Source: Amylibacter sp.
GTDB taxonomy: Bacteria; Pseudomonadota; Alphaproteobacteria; Rhodobacterales; Rhodobacteraceae
Direction of reading: 5' to 3'
Length of the DNA stretch: 64,000 bases
Assembly (NCBI GenBank): GCA_965261565.1
Contig: OZ253460.1
Coordinates: 187,951-251,950 of the forward strand
This document shows positions 27,778 through 39,215 of the stretch, piece by piece. Every line of letters starts with the position of its first letter. Positions within the stretch are counted from its first letter, which is position 1. Made by a program: the position numbers and the translations under genes. A model generated the notes under the pieces. That model worked only from the letters and a program-made list of their open reading frames with translations. It ran no database searches and was not told the DNA's origin.

Positions 27778-29438
27778 CCCGGCAATCCGACAACAAACCG
27801 TGCACCAAGCGGTGAAGAACCTGCAGGCGCACCTTTTATAGGAATATTTTCAGCCCAGATAACACCACCATGCGCTTCAACAATTTGTTTGGAGATTGAA
27901 AGGCCAAGCCCGGAATTATTACCGAAATTCTCAACAGGACGGCTTGAATAGAAACGCTTGAAAACTTTAATTAGGCTGTCTTCCGGAATACCTAGGCCAG
28001 TATCCTCGACAACAATCAATACGCGGTTTTCAACATGCCGGGCCCACAATCTGACGGCATCGCCCTTTTCACAAAATGACACCGCATTAGAAATCAGATT
28101 CACAAACACCTGCGCCAGACGCTCTTCCAGCCCATCAATAAATATAGCCTCTTCAGGCGCGTCAAATAGCATTTCGACCCCAAGCTCTTTGGCTTCAAGA
28201 CCGTGGAAATCCACAATGCGTGTCAACATACGGATCAGGTCAAAACGTTCTTCTTCTTCTTTAACCAACTCTGAATCAAGACGCGATGCATTCGAAATAT
28301 CAGAGACAAGGCGATCAAGCCGCCTTACGTCATGTTCCACCACATCCAACAACTTATTGCGTTTGTCCCCTTCAGGCGCAATGCGCAATGTCTCAATAGC
28401 AGACCGTAGTGATGCAAGTGGATTTTTAATCTCGTGGGCAACATCTGCCGCGAACTGTTCGTTGGCATCAACCCGGTGGTATAAGGCCGATGTCATATTG
28501 CGCATCGCATTTGACAGATGGCCAATTTCATCAGCCCTGCCTGTCATATCTGGGATGCGTACACGATCGGGGTTATCTTTACGTAATTTAGAGGTAGTTC
28601 CCGCATCCATAGCAGCAGCAAGGTCATAAATCGGGTTGGCGATAGTATTTGCTAAAACCAGCGATAGAATAATGGACAAGCCTGCGGCAAGCGCGAACAA
28701 CCGCAAAATATTATTGCGTTCCTGCTTGCGCAACCCATCCACTAAACCTGCCGGTGTTGATGTTACCACTGAACCAATTATGGCGTTGTTTACTACAATG
28801 GGGTGCCCTACAGCGATAATAATCTCACCTGATTGTATCGTGTCATTTATGCTTAGGTTGCCGCCATCAATAATACTGGCAGAAAGGTTATGCGCAATCT
28901 CGTTTGCATTCACCGCCTGGGTAGGTGTGGACGAGCCTCTGAATCTACCGACAACTTTGTCTAAAAATCCGTCCCAAAAATAACTAAAATTCTTGGTATT
29001 CCCTGAATTCTGCACTTTTTCACTATAATCTTCGTTGGCTGGCAAAGCAACAAGTGACATGTTTTTCGCATCATATACGCGAACTTCAGATGACTTAGAG
29101 CCTGGCAGCCTTTCTGCCACAGCACTCAACAATGCATTAACTGGTGTTGCCTGGCTTTGGTCTCTTGAAACACGTTCTTGCAAAAGTTGCGCATATAACG
29201 TGGATTCCGATTGTAATGCCGCCAATTGACCAGCGGCAACAGAATTTCGGAACTGACTTAAATACAGCATGCCCAACAACAATACGCAAAGTGCTATCAG
29301 GTTAAATGCAATGATCCTACGAGCAAGTGCAGATGACCAGAAATACCGCTTGATAGCGATTACCTTCTGTTTGGAATCAAAATTTTGGCTTTCAGATATT
29401 TTCATATCTGAAGCCATATTGGTATCTACATTTGCCAT
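27774..29438 (-). CDS. chvG: sensor histidine kinase, ChvG/ExoS/BvrS type
   Basis: 554 aa with two TM segments, a HAMP domain, H-box FAADVAHEIKNPL and an HATPase domain (GLGLSISKQIV). It lies downstream of chvI and upstream of hprK. Confidence 0.85.
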   Translation of the reverse strand: MANVDTNMASDMKISESQNFDSKQKVIAIKRYFWSSALARRIIAFNLIALCVLLLGMLYLSQFRNSVAAGQLAALQSESTLYAQLLQERVSRDQSQATPVNALLSAVAERLPGSKSSEVRVYDAKNMSLVALPANEDYSEKVQNSGNTKNFSYFWDGFLDKVVGRFRGSSTPTQAVNANEIAHNLSASIIDGGNLSINDTIQSGEIIIAVGHPIVVNNAIIGSVVTSTPAGLVDGLRKQERNNILRLFALAAGLSIILSLVLANTIANPIYDLAAAMDAGTTSKLRKDNPDRVRIPDMTGRADEIGHLSNAMRNMTSALYHRVDANEQFAADVAHEIKNPLASLRSAIETLRIAPEGDKRNKLLDVVEHDVRRLDRLVSDISNASRLDSELVKEEEERFDLIRMLTRIVDFHGLEAKELGVEMLFDAPEEAIFIDGLEERLAQVFVNLISNAVSFCEKGDAVRLWARHVENRVLIVVEDTGLGIPEDSLIKVFKRFYSSRPVENFGNNSGLGLSISKQIVEAHGGVIWAENIPIKGAPAGSSPLGARFVVGLPG

Positions 29439-29443
29439 GGTTC

Positions 29444-30154
29444 TTACTGTTCGTTGTAACGATAACCGATGCCATAGAGCGTTTCGATAGCACTGAAATC
29501 ATCATCAACAGACCGCATCTTTTTACGCAGTCGTTTGATGTGGCTATCAATGGTGCGATCATCGACATAAACCTGATCATCATAGGCCACATCCATTAAT
29601 TGGTCCCGGCTTTTCACAAAGCCTGGCCGTGTTGCAAGCGCTTGTAATAAAAGAAATTCTGTAACCGTAAGTGAAACACTCAAGCCTTTCCATGTAACCG
29701 CATGGCGCATTGGGTCCATAGTCAGTTCACCACGTTCAATCAGGCTTTCATTGGCTTCTTCTGCAATCGGCGACCCGACATCGGAATTGCGTACTTCCTG
29801 ACGGCGCAAGATTGCGCGGATACGTTCAACCAACAGACGTTGTGAAAACGGCTTGCGCACATAATCATCCGCCCCCATCCGAAGTCCAAGTACTTCGTCG
29901 ATTTCATCATCTTTGGATGTTAGAAAGATAACCGGCATATCTGTTTTCTGGCGCAAGCGGCCCAACAAATCCATACCGTCCATACGCGGCATTTTAATGT
30001 CCAGCACTGCCATATCCGGCATGCTTTCGTTGAAAGCATTAAGTGCCTGCAACCCGTCATTAAACGTATCAACCTCATAACCTTCGGCCTCTAGCGTCAT
30101 AGAAACTGAAGTAAGAATATTACGGTCGTCATCAACCAATGCTATTTTAGCCAT
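29444..30154 (-). CDS. chvI: OmpR-family response regulator, ChvI/BvrR type
   Basis: [17 protein letters not shown], receiver Asp in [12 protein letters not shown], and a winged-helix C-terminus. The tracked ORF extends 20 codons further upstream. Confidence 0.88.
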   Translation of the reverse strand: MAKIALVDDDRNILTSVSMTLEAEGYEVDTFNDGLQALNAFNESMPDMAVLDIKMPRMDGMDLLGRLRQKTDMPVIFLTSKDDEIDEVLGLRMGADDYVRKPFSQRLLVERIRAILRRQEVRNSDVGSPIAEEANESLIERGELTMDPMRHAVTWKGLSVSLTVTEFLLLQALATRPGFVKSRDQLMDVAYDDQVYVDDRTIDSHIKRLRKKMRSVDDDFSAIETLYGIGYRYNEQ

Positions 30155-30477
30155 GCTGCCCTCTGAATATGTGCTCATATTTTTATTATTTTTATTCCTC
30201 TTACAATCTGCCACCTGAGTCGCAGAATCAACTTAAATCTGCTAAATACGGCGAAAGCGTGTCTTTTTTTCATCACAATTCGTCCCCATATCGCACAAAC
30301 GTTAACGTTAACTGCGCGATATTGACCTAAAAACGGACGTTTCATTCAAATAACGACATGCTATATAGCCACCACTATCCTCAAGGAAGTATCAAAATTC
30401 TACTTGTTTGATATTAATCAAACCTGATCACGAGTGGCAAAACAGTTACAATTTTGCCTAAAGGAGTACCGAATAAT

Positions 30478-32079
30478 ATGAAGAATGGTCGTGTAAACCC
30501 AACCCAACGGTTGGAAGATGCCGGAATTTCTGGTCTAAAATCCGTCCATTACAACCTGCTGGAACCGGCTTTGGTAGCCAAAGCTTTGAAAAAAGGCGAA
30601 GGCGAGCTAGGGCAAGGCGGTGCTTTCCTAGTTTCCACTGGTGAATATACAGGTCGTTCCCCCGAAGATAAGTTCGTGGTTGATGAACCGTCTGTCAAAA
30701 ACAGCATTTGGTGGGAAAACAATCCGCCATTGGCTATAGGGGCATTCGAGCAACTGAAAAAGGACATGTTCGCCCATATGGAAGGTGGCGAATATTTCGT
30801 GCAAGATTTGTTTGGCGGCTCTGATCCCGCTTACCGTCTGAATACCCGTGTGATTACAGAATTGGCTTGGCACAGCTTATTCATCCGCACTATGCTGCGC
30901 CGTCCGGAAGCGTCTGAACTGGATAGTTTCATACCGGAATTTACCGTTGTGAACTGCCCGACATTTCAGGCTGACCCAACCAAACACGGCTGCCGATCTG
31001 AAGTAATCATTGCAATTTCATTCGAACAAAAGTTGGTTTTGATCGGCGGAACTGAATATGCTGGTGAAAATAAGAAATCAATTTTCTCTATCCTAAATTA
31101 CCTGCTACCGGATCAAGGTGTGATGCCTATGCATTGCTCGGCCAATCACGCGATTGGCGACCCAGGTGATACGGCTATATTTTTTGGCCTATCCGGGACC
31201 GGAAAAACCACGTTATCAGCCGATCCGAACCGCGTTTTGATCGGGGATGATGAACATGGTTGGTCTGACACCACCACCTTTAACTTCGAAGGCGGTTGCT
31301 ATGCCAAAACAATCAACTTGTCGGCCAAAGCCGAACCAGAAATCTATGCGACAACACAGAAATTCGGCACAGTGATCGAAAACATGGTCTATGACGATTA
31401 TACTAAAGAGCTTGATTTCAAGGACGATAGCCTGACCGCCAACATGCGTTGTGCTTATCCGCTGCATTATATTTCCAATGCATCCGACGATTCCATTGGC
31501 GGCCAACCCAAAAACATCATCATGCTGACATGCGATGCGTTTGGCGTGCTTCCCCCAATTGCACGTCTGACACCCGCACAGGCAATGTACCACTTCTTGT
31601 CCGGATTCACATCCAAAGTAGCGGGTACAGAACGCGGTATCACCGAACCACAGCCGACATTTTCCACATGCTTCGGCGCACCTTTCATGCCGCGTCGTCC
31701 GGAAATTTATGGCGCCTTACTGCGTGACAAGATCGCATCCACAGGCGCTACATGCTGGCTGGTAAATACTGGCTGGACCGGTGGTGCTTATGGTACAGGT
31801 GTGCGCATGCCGATCAAAGCCACTCGTGGCTTGTTGACCGCTGCCCTGGACGGATCGCTAAATGATGCAAAATTCCGTCACGATGCAAACTTTGGTTTTG
31901 ACGTTCCTGTTTCAGTTCCCGGTGTGGATGACACATTATTAGATCCACGCGGCACTTGGAAAGATAAAACAGCATATGATGCAAACACAACCAGATTGAT
32001 TGCCATGTTCTCGGATAATTTCGCGCAATATGAAAAGCACGTCAGCGAAGATGTGTTAGCGGTTAAAATCTGCGCGTAG
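30478..32079 (+). CDS. pckA: phosphoenolpyruvate carboxykinase (ATP)
   Basis: GLSGTGKTT kinase motif and full-length PEPCK-ATP similarity. ATG 30478 follows an AAGGAG RBS. The gene is divergent from chvI. Confidence 0.93.
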   Translation: MKNGRVNPTQRLEDAGISGLKSVHYNLLEPALVAKALKKGEGELGQGGAFLVSTGEYTGRSPEDKFVVDEPSVKNSIWWENNPPLAIGAFEQLKKDMFAHMEGGEYFVQDLFGGSDPAYRLNTRVITELAWHSLFIRTMLRRPEASELDSFIPEFTVVNCPTFQADPTKHGCRSEVIIAISFEQKLVLIGGTEYAGENKKSIFSILNYLLPDQGVMPMHCSANHAIGDPGDTAIFFGLSGTGKTTLSADPNRVLIGDDEHGWSDTTTFNFEGGCYAKTINLSAKAEPEIYATTQKFGTVIENMVYDDYTKELDFKDDSLTANMRCAYPLHYISNASDDSIGGQPKNIIMLTCDAFGVLPPIARLTPAQAMYHFLSGFTSKVAGTERGITEPQPTFSTCFGAPFMPRRPEIYGALLRDKIASTGATCWLVNTGWTGGAYGTGVRMPIKATRGLLTAALDGSLNDAKFRHDANFGFDVPVSVPGVDDTLLDPRGTWKDKTAYDANTTRLIAMFSDNFAQYEKHVSEDVLAVKICA

Positions 32080-32105
32080 TATAAAAAACCACACCTGAAA
32101 CAATG

Positions 32106-32139
32106 AAAATCGCGCCGTTATCTGCGCGATTTTTATTTT
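32106..32139 (+). terminator. rho-independent terminator of pckA
   Basis: AAAATCGCGC, 8-nt loop, GCGCGATTTT, then a T-rich tail. Confidence 0.7.
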
Positions 32140-32175
32140 CTTGATATAATATATGCAAACTGTAATTCTTGGCAC

Positions 32176-32562
32176 ATGATACGGATTTCATTAATTGCTC
32201 TTTCCATCCTGACCACCTGTTTCAAAGATGAAACTGTATCCGGGCAAACCGATAGTAGGGCCATATGGCAATTAACTGCCATGAACGAAACGCCTATAGA
32301 TATAAATGTCACCATCACATTCCCGGAAGAAGGTAAAATCTCTGGGCAGGCCCCATGTAACCGTTATTTCGGCAACCAGACCGTGCCGTTTCCCTGGTTC
32401 GAAGTTTCAGGACTTGGGTCAACTCGAATGGCTTGCCAGAATATGGAATTGGAAGGGCAGTATTTTGCACTGCTGCAAAAAATGACAACCGCAGAGATCG
32501 CTGAGGATACGTTGGTTCTACGCAATGATGCAGGTGACGCATTGATGTTCAAAAAGAACTAA
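32176..32562 (+). CDS. META-domain (HslJ-like) lipoprotein
   Basis: 128 aa with lipobox LTTC and META-domain motifs (GQAPCNRYFG, MACQ). Confidence 0.75.
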   Translation: MIRISLIALSILTTCFKDETVSGQTDSRAIWQLTAMNETPIDINVTITFPEEGKISGQAPCNRYFGNQTVPFPWFEVSGLGSTRMACQNMELEGQYFALLQKMTTAEIAEDTLVLRNDAGDALMFKKN

Positions 32563-33230
32563 ATACCCACAGACATCGCCAAAATACGGCTTATACGCGT
32601 GTAACTTTCTCCGCTTTCGTCATGCCACGCATTAAACGCATCCTGAATTTTCCGCTGAGCAGTTTTCGATGTAACCGGCCCATCCACTACACCCGCTTGC
32701 GCAAGTGCAGATGCCACGCCGCGACTAAGGATAAAGCAATCCTTGCCCAAAAACCGTAACGCATACTGACCTGTAACACCCCCCAGTCTGGAACCACGTT
32801 TTTTCATCACATCCCACAATCCCACCAAATCAGACGATGGCCAGTCGTTGAAAAATTTAGCGGCCGATCCGTGTTCCTGGGCCAGATCAGACATAAAAAT
32901 CGCATTGTCTCGTACAGATAATATTTTCTTGGCGTGGCGGATAATAGCCTTGTTTTTCAAGTGCGCATCAAAATCATCATCGAACATCATCGCGTTGCGC
33001 CCGATGTCAAATTGGTGGAACGCCACTTCAAACCCGTCCCATTTATTTTCTACAACACTCCAGTTAAATCCGGCTTGAAACACCCGTTTTGAAAATTCCG
33101 ACAAGATACGATCATCCGAAAGACCTGAAATATCAGATTTCTGGACACTATCTCCTAAAAGAACTTCCAATTCATCCGCACCACCTTTGCGATCTTCTGA
33201 TCTTTTTTTAATGGCTTCAAAGTTTTGCAT
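32559..33230 (-). CDS. tag: DNA-3-methyladenine glycosylase I
   Basis: 223 aa with the Tag-like core FQAGFNWSVVENKWDGFEVAFHQFD. Confidence 0.82.
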   Translation of the reverse strand: MQNFEAIKKRSEDRKGGADELEVLLGDSVQKSDISGLSDDRILSEFSKRVFQAGFNWSVVENKWDGFEVAFHQFDIGRNAMMFDDDFDAHLKNKAIIRHAKKILSVRDNAIFMSDLAQEHGSAAKFFNDWPSSDLVGLWDVMKKRGSRLGGVTGQYALRFLGKDCFILSRGVASALAQAGVVDGPVTSKTAQRKIQDAFNAWHDESGESYTRISRILAMSVGI

Positions 33231-33968
33231 TTATGCCCCTTTCATTGCAGTTTTGGTCAGCACCGCCAAGAAACGCGCACGTGCATCCGGTAATGTGCGA
33301 TTACCCAACGCAGAAGCCAGACGGTTTTCCAGAAAATACCCCGTAGTTTTCAACGCATCCAACACCTCTGTTGCTTCTTTTGTTGCCGTTTGCGCTCGCA
33401 AAAACCTGGGCAACGGCAACAAACGATCTGACCACTCTGCCCCTGCTGATGCGCTCACCGCACGTCCGGATTTTGGCGATACATATATCAGATCCTGTTG
33501 CACACCTGTAGCCGCACAACTATCCAGATCCAAACCGTAACCAAGTTCCTCTAGTACGGCGTGTTCCCACAACGCATAATCCGACAACCATGCGCCACCC
33601 ACCGCCATCTGATCTAATAAAGCAACGGTTACAGCGTATAAGCGCGGCAAAGCCATACGTTCCGGAAAAGCAAAATTGATCAATGCACAAACCGATCCCA
33701 TAGCGGACAGGGCCAGGCGATCTGACAGAATTGTTGCGCGTGATTTTATGGGTTCCAGGGTATAACTGCCCAAATGTTCTTCCAGACGCGCCCGCCATTC
33801 GGCATCAACCTGTGTACCGGGCTGTAATATCGGGGCTAGTTTTCGCCCTGCCCCACCACGTACAAGCCCCGCATGACGGCCGTGGTTTTCGGTTAGCACA
33901 TCAACAATCGTAGACGTTTCGCCATGCTTGCGAACCGAAATAATTACACCTGTGCCTTGCCATTCCAT
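33231..33968 (-). CDS. recO: DNA repair protein RecO
   Basis: 245 aa with a RecO N-terminal OB region (GVIISVRKHGETS). It sits in the conserved position downstream of era. Confidence 0.85.
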   Translation of the reverse strand: MEWQGTGVIISVRKHGETSTIVDVLTENHGRHAGLVRGGAGRKLAPILQPGTQVDAEWRARLEEHLGSYTLEPIKSRATILSDRLALSAMGSVCALINFAFPERMALPRLYAVTVALLDQMAVGGAWLSDYALWEHAVLEELGYGLDLDSCAATGVQQDLIYVSPKSGRAVSASAGAEWSDRLLPLPRFLRAQTATKEATEVLDALKTTGYFLENRLASALGNRTLPDARARFLAVLTKTAMKGA

Positions 33969-33977
33969 GACGTGAAT

Positions 33978-34310
33978 CTAACCGCTTAATCCATCTTCGT
34001 CGAGCAAATGCCGACCTTGCCTGTCTTCAACTTCAATCACCCATATATCGGGGTCAAACGAGCGTTGTTTCATAAGGCTCGCGTCCACATCGCGTTCCGC
34101 ACCTTCCACAAGCGTTGCCCAAACACGGTTACCATCCAGATCATAACTGCGATGATAGGCACATGCGTTCCCGTCCAGCGTATTCAGCTTCACGATAACC
34201 GCCCCCGCAGTAGCATCGCCTTTCGAGGTGATAAATGCAGGAATATTCACCAGTTGCAATCGCCGCCGATACGCACTGACCCACAGATCGCTGGTCAGGC
34301 GCGGGGTCAT
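33978..34310 (-). CDS. DUF1491-family protein
   Basis: 110 aa with LTSDLWVSAYRRR...AGAVIVKLNTLDG, typical of DUF1491. It lies between era and recO. Confidence 0.7.
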   Translation of the reverse strand: MTPRLTSDLWVSAYRRRLQLVNIPAFITSKGDATAGAVIVKLNTLDGNACAYHRSYDLDGNRVWATLVEGAERDVDASLMKQRSFDPDIWVIEVEDRQGRHLLDEDGLSG

Positions 34311-35221
34311 TTTTTGGTGTCTGAAAAGTCCAGACCCATTTCCGTAAAGCGTTCCGCTTCATTTTCCCATTTTGGGCGTACCTTGACCTGAATGAACAAA
34401 TGCACTTCTGCCCCCACAAGGTTTTTCAACTCAGTGCGTGAAGCAATACTGACCGCTTTGATAGTTTGCCCCTTTGGCCCTAGTGCAATACCTTTATGGC
34501 GTTCACGGATCACATAAACCATCTGTTCAATACGCACAGAACCGTCTTTTTTCTGCTCCCAGCCCGTGGTTTCCACCGTTAGGAAATAGGGTAGTTCCTG
34601 ATGCAAACGCAGCATCAGTTTCTCACGCGTTGTTTCGGCGGCAATCATGCGCATCGGTACATCGGCGATTTGATCTTCAGGGTACAGCCACGGGCCTTTG
34701 GGCATGTTGTCAACAAAATATGCCCGCAGTTCCTTTATACCAAAACCCTTTTCAGCTGAAATCATAAATGTTTCGTCAAAATTGAACATTTCATTGATCT
34801 GTTTTGTCAGGGCCAGCAATTTTTCCGACTTGACCATGTCAATTTTATTGATTGCCAGAACAACTTTTTGTTTGGTACGAAGGCGTTTACTTAAACCTTC
34901 CAAGATCATTTCGACACCTTTGGTGACACCACGATGCGCCTCGATCAACAGCACGACCACATCACCGTCATTGGCACCCGACCAAGCCGCTGCAACCATA
35001 GCTTTATCCAGATTACGCCGCGTCTGAAACAGGCCTGGCGTGTCAATAAATATCAGCTGCGCGTCACCCTCAATCGCAATGCCGCGAATACGCGCGCGTG
35101 TGGTTTGCACCTTGTGTGTCACAATCGAAACCTTGGCTCCGACCATGTAATTCATCAGTGTCGATTTGCCTGCATTGGGTTCGCCGATCAGGGCAACATA
35201 TCCGCATTTTGTATCCGTCAT
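34307..35221 (-). CDS. era: GTPase Era
   Basis: G1 [10 protein letters not shown]3 DTPG, G4 NKID, and a C-terminal KH domain. Confidence 0.93.
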   Translation of the reverse strand: MTDTKCGYVALIGEPNAGKSTLMNYMVGAKVSIVTHKVQTTRARIRGIAIEGDAQLIFIDTPGLFQTRRNLDKAMVAAAWSGANDGDVVVLLIEAHRGVTKGVEMILEGLSKRLRTKQKVVLAINKIDMVKSEKLLALTKQINEMFNFDETFMISAEKGFGIKELRAYFVDNMPKGPWLYPEDQIADVPMRMIAAETTREKLMLRLHQELPYFLTVETTGWEQKKDGSVRIEQMVYVIRERHKGIALGPKGQTIKAVSIASRTELKNLVGAEVHLFIQVKVRPKWENEAERFTEMGLDFSDTKK

Positions 35222-35898
35222 GGATCCACCTGTTCCAGTAATTTAGCCGCAGCCATTTGCTGCGCCTGTCGTTTTGAAGGCGCACTGGCTTTCGCCGACA
35301 CGCCATTTGGCAACTGCGCTTCTATTTCAAAAACAGGCGCATGATCAGGGCCGGTGCGGCCAATTTCTACATACTTGGGCGGCGCCATCTTCTGGCCCTG
35401 CGCCCACTCCTGCAAAGTTGTTTTCGGGTCGCGGGCATCCTCTTCAGCCGTATTGATCCGATCACCCCACAACCGCAATATCAGTTTTTCAGCCGCACCA
35501 AAACCCGCATCCAGATACACAGCGGCAATCACCGCTTCCATCGCGTCCCCTAGAATGGCAGTTTTTTTGCGTCCGCCTGATAACATTTCAGAACGGCCCA
35601 GCTTCAAAGCCGCCCCAAGATCGATTTGCAGGGCTACGTCGGCACAAGCCTCTTTGCGTACCAAAGCATTAAAACGCGGGGCCAGCATGCCTTCTGATGC
35701 TTGTTTGTCTTTTTCCAGCAACGCCTGTGCAATCACAAGCGCCAACACACGGTCGCCCAGAAACTCCAACCTTTGGTTATCAGTCCGTGTGGGTGAACTC
35801 AGTGAGGAATGCGTAGTGGCTTCAATCAGCAGCTCAGGCTTGGCAAACTGATATCCCAAGCGTATGCAAAAATCTTTCAGCTCACCCGCGAGTTTCAC
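35218..35898 (-). CDS. rnc: ribonuclease III
   Basis: Signature [12 protein letters not shown] and a dsRBD at the C-terminus. Confidence 0.93.
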   Translation of the reverse strand: MKLAGELKDFCIRLGYQFAKPELLIEATTHSSLSSPTRTDNQRLEFLGDRVLALVIAQALLEKDKQASEGMLAPRFNALVRKEACADVALQIDLGAALKLGRSEMLSGGRKKTAILGDAMEAVIAAVYLDAGFGAAEKLILRLWGDRINTAEEDARDPKTTLQEWAQGQKMAPPKYVEIGRTGPDHAPVFEIEAQLPNGVSAKASAPSKRQAQQMAAAKLLEQVDP

Positions 35899-36674
35899 TC
35901 AAGCCCCTTGAAAAAACGATCCGAACGCCATGTCCAGAAGGCCAGCATTGATTTGCCGGCTGATGAAAAAACAACACGGTCGGCGCGACCAACAAGGTTT
36001 TCGAACGGAACGTAACCCACTCCGCCCACGCTACGTGGATAGCGGCTATCTTGGGAATTGTCGCGATTATCCCCCATAAAGAAGTAATGTTCAGCCGGAA
36101 CCGTATAAACACCCGTTTCATCTGCAAAGTCAGCGCCAATATTCAGAACTGCATGTTCGACACCGTTCGGCAGGGTTTCTTTATATAACTCTTTCTCGCA
36201 TGTCTCACCCAGCGCGACTGGACTGTTCGAACACCGCGGTGTTCGCTCCATAGGGCCCTGTTTTTCTTTCGTCTCCATAAACGCGCCCATTGGCTCCAGT
36301 GGAGCCGCTACATCATTGATGTACAATTGTCCGGTTTTCATCTGAATGCGGTCACCGGGCAGGCCGATAAGACGTTTGATATAATCCACTTGGCTGACAG
36401 GGTGCTTGAAGACAACAATATCACCACGTTCCGGGTCACTTGCCAGAATACGCCCGTCAAAAGGGCACATTGAAAATGGACAGGAATGCTTCGAATAACC
36501 GTAAGCCATCTTATTAACAAACAGAAAATCCCCAACCAAAAGCGTTGACTTCATTGAACCTGACGGGATCCAGAACGGTTGGAAAAACAGGGTTCGAATG
36601 ACACCTGCAATCAGCAATGCATAGACGATTGTTTTGATCGTTTCGCCAATGCCGTCTGCTTTATTATTTGCCAT
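35895..36674 (-). CDS. lepB: signal peptidase I
   Basis: Ser box [10 protein letters not shown] and Lys box [13 protein letters not shown]. Confidence 0.92.
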   Translation of the reverse strand: MANNKADGIGETIKTIVYALLIAGVIRTLFFQPFWIPSGSMKSTLLVGDFLFVNKMAYGYSKHSCPFSMCPFDGRILASDPERGDIVVFKHPVSQVDYIKRLIGLPGDRIQMKTGQLYINDVAAPLEPMGAFMETKEKQGPMERTPRCSNSPVALGETCEKELYKETLPNGVEHAVLNIGADFADETGVYTVPAEHYFFMGDNRDNSQDSRYPRSVGGVGYVPFENLVGRADRVVFSSAGKSMLAFWTWRSDRFFKGLE

Positions 36675-36726
36675 TATTCACATTCCTTTAAGCTTGATCG
36701 CTACATGGCGTGTGCTTGCACTTTAG

Positions 36727-37128
36727 TCAAGCGATGGGGCGCGCCTCAATCACCACAAAGGCCTGCGCCCAGGGGTGATCATCAGTCAAAGTTACGTGAA
36801 CAAAGGCTTCATGGCCTTTCGGGGTCAAATTGGCCAAGCGTTCAGCCGCCCAGCCCGTCAGTTCCATAGTCGGTTGGCCTGTATGCAAATTCTTCACGCC
36901 CATATCTTTCCACGCAATCCCCATTGCAAGCCCCGTGCCCAAAGCTTTTGAACAAGCTTCTTTTGCAGCCCAACGCTTGGCGTAAGTCCCTGCCACATCT
37001 TTGCGACGTTCCGATTTCGCTTGTTCTATTTTGGTGAACACGCGGTTTTTAAACCGTTCGCCAAAGCGATCAAGTGTACCTTGGATACGTTCAATATTTG
37101 CAAGGTCTGTGCCAATACCGATGATCAT
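36727..37128 (-). CDS. acpS: holo-ACP synthase
   Basis: 133 aa with MIIGIGTDL at the N-terminus and [12 protein letters not shown]. Confidence 0.9.
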   Translation of the reverse strand: MIIGIGTDLANIERIQGTLDRFGERFKNRVFTKIEQAKSERRKDVAGTYAKRWAAKEACSKALGTGLAMGIAWKDMGVKNLHTGQPTMELTGWAAERLANLTPKGHEAFVHVTLTDDHPWAQAFVVIEARPIA

Positions 37129-37748
37129 AATAATCGTGTCGTTAGTATCTTTAGGCTGGCAAATCCAAAGAGTGCTGCAAAACCCAATTCAAATCCTTTA
37201 CGCATCCTCTGATATCCGGCAACCACCCATTCAGTTGAAAACAACAAAGCGTAACCTATGAAAATCAGGATTGAACCACTGAATAAAAATCCAAACATCC
37301 ACAAAAGGTCAGCCGTTTTAGCATCAGGCGAAACTGCAATTGCATATACTGCCCCCCAACTTAGTATTGCCTTCGGATTTGTTAAATGTATCAACATACC
37401 CCGCATAAATATCTGTTTTAAACTTCCCGAGAACGCCTTTTGCACTAGGGTCTTCTGAGGTGTCAAAGCAGAACGTAAGGATTTAAACGCCAAAAACAGT
37501 AAATAGGCCGCAGCCACATACCTTAATGTTTCAAAAACCCATGCGTTAGCCAACATTATCGCGCTCATACCAAAGGCCGCAGCCAAACCCCATGAAGCCG
37601 ATCCTGCAAGAATGCCCAATGACATCAACAAACCGGAACGTCTGCCACATTCCATAGAAGTACCTGCGATAGATAAAGTGGCTGGCCCCGGACTGCCGCC
37701 TGCCACGATCCATGCAAACCACAATACTATCAGTTCATAGCCACTCAT
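37125..37748 (-). CDS. LysE-family amino-acid translocator
   Basis: 207 aa, about 6 TM, with the LysE/RhtB-like N-terminus GGSPGPATL. Overlaps the acpS start by 4 nt. Confidence 0.8.
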   Translation of the reverse strand: MSGYELIVLWFAWIVAGGSPGPATLSIAGTSMECGRRSGLLMSLGILAGSASWGLAAAFGMSAIMLANAWVFETLRYVAAAYLLFLAFKSLRSALTPQKTLVQKAFSGSLKQIFMRGMLIHLTNPKAILSWGAVYAIAVSPDAKTADLLWMFGFLFSGSILIFIGYALLFSTEWVVAGYQRMRKGFELGFAALFGFASLKILTTRLL

Positions 37749-37773
37749 TTTGTAACCGCTGACCGCAACTCAA

Positions 37774-38526
37774 TCATGACCGCGCCTCATTCATCAGTTT
37801 GCGCATCTTCACAATGGCATTCTCCAGCCCGTCAAAGATCGCTTCTCCGATTAGGAAATGCCCGATGTTCAGTTCCATCACTTCCGGAAACGCCGCGATG
37901 GGTTTGACCGTATCGTAGGTAATCCCGTGGCCCGCATGCACTTCCAATCCCAATTCATGGGCAAAAGTTGACATTTCACGCAGACGTTCCAGTTCCACAT
38001 CGCTTTTGTCAAAGTGCCCTTCGGTGAACGCATCGCAATGAGCCCCGACATGCAGCTCGATAATATCGGCACCAATGCGGTGGGCGGCTTCAACCTGCTT
38101 CATTTCTGCGGCAATAAAGATCGACACACGGCACCCTGCATCGCGCAAAGGGGCGATAAAATGTGCCAACTTATTATCATCACGCGCCACATCCAGCCCG
38201 CCTTCGGTGGTGCGTTCTTCACGTTTTTCAGGCACGATACAAACCGCGTGCGGCTTATGGCGCAAAGCAATTTTCTGCATCTCGTCGGTTGCGGCCATCT
38301 CAAAGTTCAGCGGTACAGACAAACCCTCCATAAGCGCTTCGATATCCGGATCGGTTATATGACGGCGGTCTTCACGCAGATGCGCGGTAATCCCGTCTGC
38401 CCCGGCTTTTTCCGCCAATAATGCTGCACGTAAAGGATCCGGGTACGAGCCGCCACGCGCATTACGCACCGTAGCAACATGATCAATATTCACGCCTAAG
38501 CGAAGTTTATTCTGTTTATTTACCAT
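37774..38526 (-). CDS. pdxJ: pyridoxine 5'-phosphate synthase
   Basis: LGVNIDHVATVRNARG and HLREDRRHI. Start taken at MVNKQNK; the tracked ORF begins 7 codons upstream. Confidence 0.9.
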   Translation of the reverse strand: MVNKQNKLRLGVNIDHVATVRNARGGSYPDPLRAALLAEKAGADGITAHLREDRRHITDPDIEALMEGLSVPLNFEMAATDEMQKIALRHKPHAVCIVPEKREERTTEGGLDVARDDNKLAHFIAPLRDAGCRVSIFIAAEMKQVEAAHRIGADIIELHVGAHCDAFTEGHFDKSDVELERLREMSTFAHELGLEVHAGHGITYDTVKPIAAFPEVMELNIGHFLIGEAIFDGLENAIVKMRKLMNEARS

Positions 38527-38568
38527 ACCGGATACAGCCTTTTCCAACAGTCACAAGCTGCAATATGC

Positions 38569-39210
38569 TTATGACGATTCCTTCTTTGCCGCTTTGCGTT
38601 TTTGGCGCACACGACGTTCTGCCAGTTTCAGTTTACGCCGTTTTTGATGGCCTGCAATAAGTGGTTTCGAAAATGCGTAAAAAATCCCAGCAGTGATCAA
38701 ACCCGGAATGATGCCGCCCACAAGGTAGGGCAAAAATACCTCTTGGGTAAACTCCCAGAACCCATCCCACGAGCTTGGATCTGGCCCAAAAACAGATTTA
38801 ATATTATCCCACAACGTTGAAAACGCATGGTCAAAGCTATCCCGTATTTTCGACCAGACCGTTTTTTCATGCCCCAGCCCCAGTATCCACAGACCCAACT
38901 GATAGCTTGTTGCTGCAATAACCGGAAAGGTGATCGGATTGCCGACAAAAGTTGCCAATATGGCAGCAAAAATATTACCGCGGAAAATCGCCGCCAAAAT
39001 CCAAGCCAGCAAAAAATGCAACCCGAACAGGGGTGTGAAAGTGACGAACACGCCACAGGCAATACCCATCGCTATTTTATGCGGGGTATCAGGCAGGCGT
39101 TTGATGCGGTGGCCGATATAGTCCATGCCCCGGCTCCAGCCTTTGCGCGGGTACACGAACTCTACGATCCACTGCCAGTAAGTTTGTTTATTTCTGCGCT
39201 TGAACACCAC
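38569..39210 (-). CDS. DUF2062-family membrane protein
   Basis: 213 aa with TM helices and a basic C-terminal tail. It lies between spoT and pdxJ. Confidence 0.7.
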   Translation of the reverse strand: MVFKRRNKQTYWQWIVEFVYPRKGWSRGMDYIGHRIKRLPDTPHKIAMGIACGVFVTFTPLFGLHFLLAWILAAIFRGNIFAAILATFVGNPITFPVIAATSYQLGLWILGLGHEKTVWSKIRDSFDHAFSTLWDNIKSVFGPDPSSWDGFWEFTQEVFLPYLVGGIIPGLITAGIFYAFSKPLIAGHQKRRKLKLAERRVRQKRKAAKKESS

Positions 39211-39215
39211 GCCTT

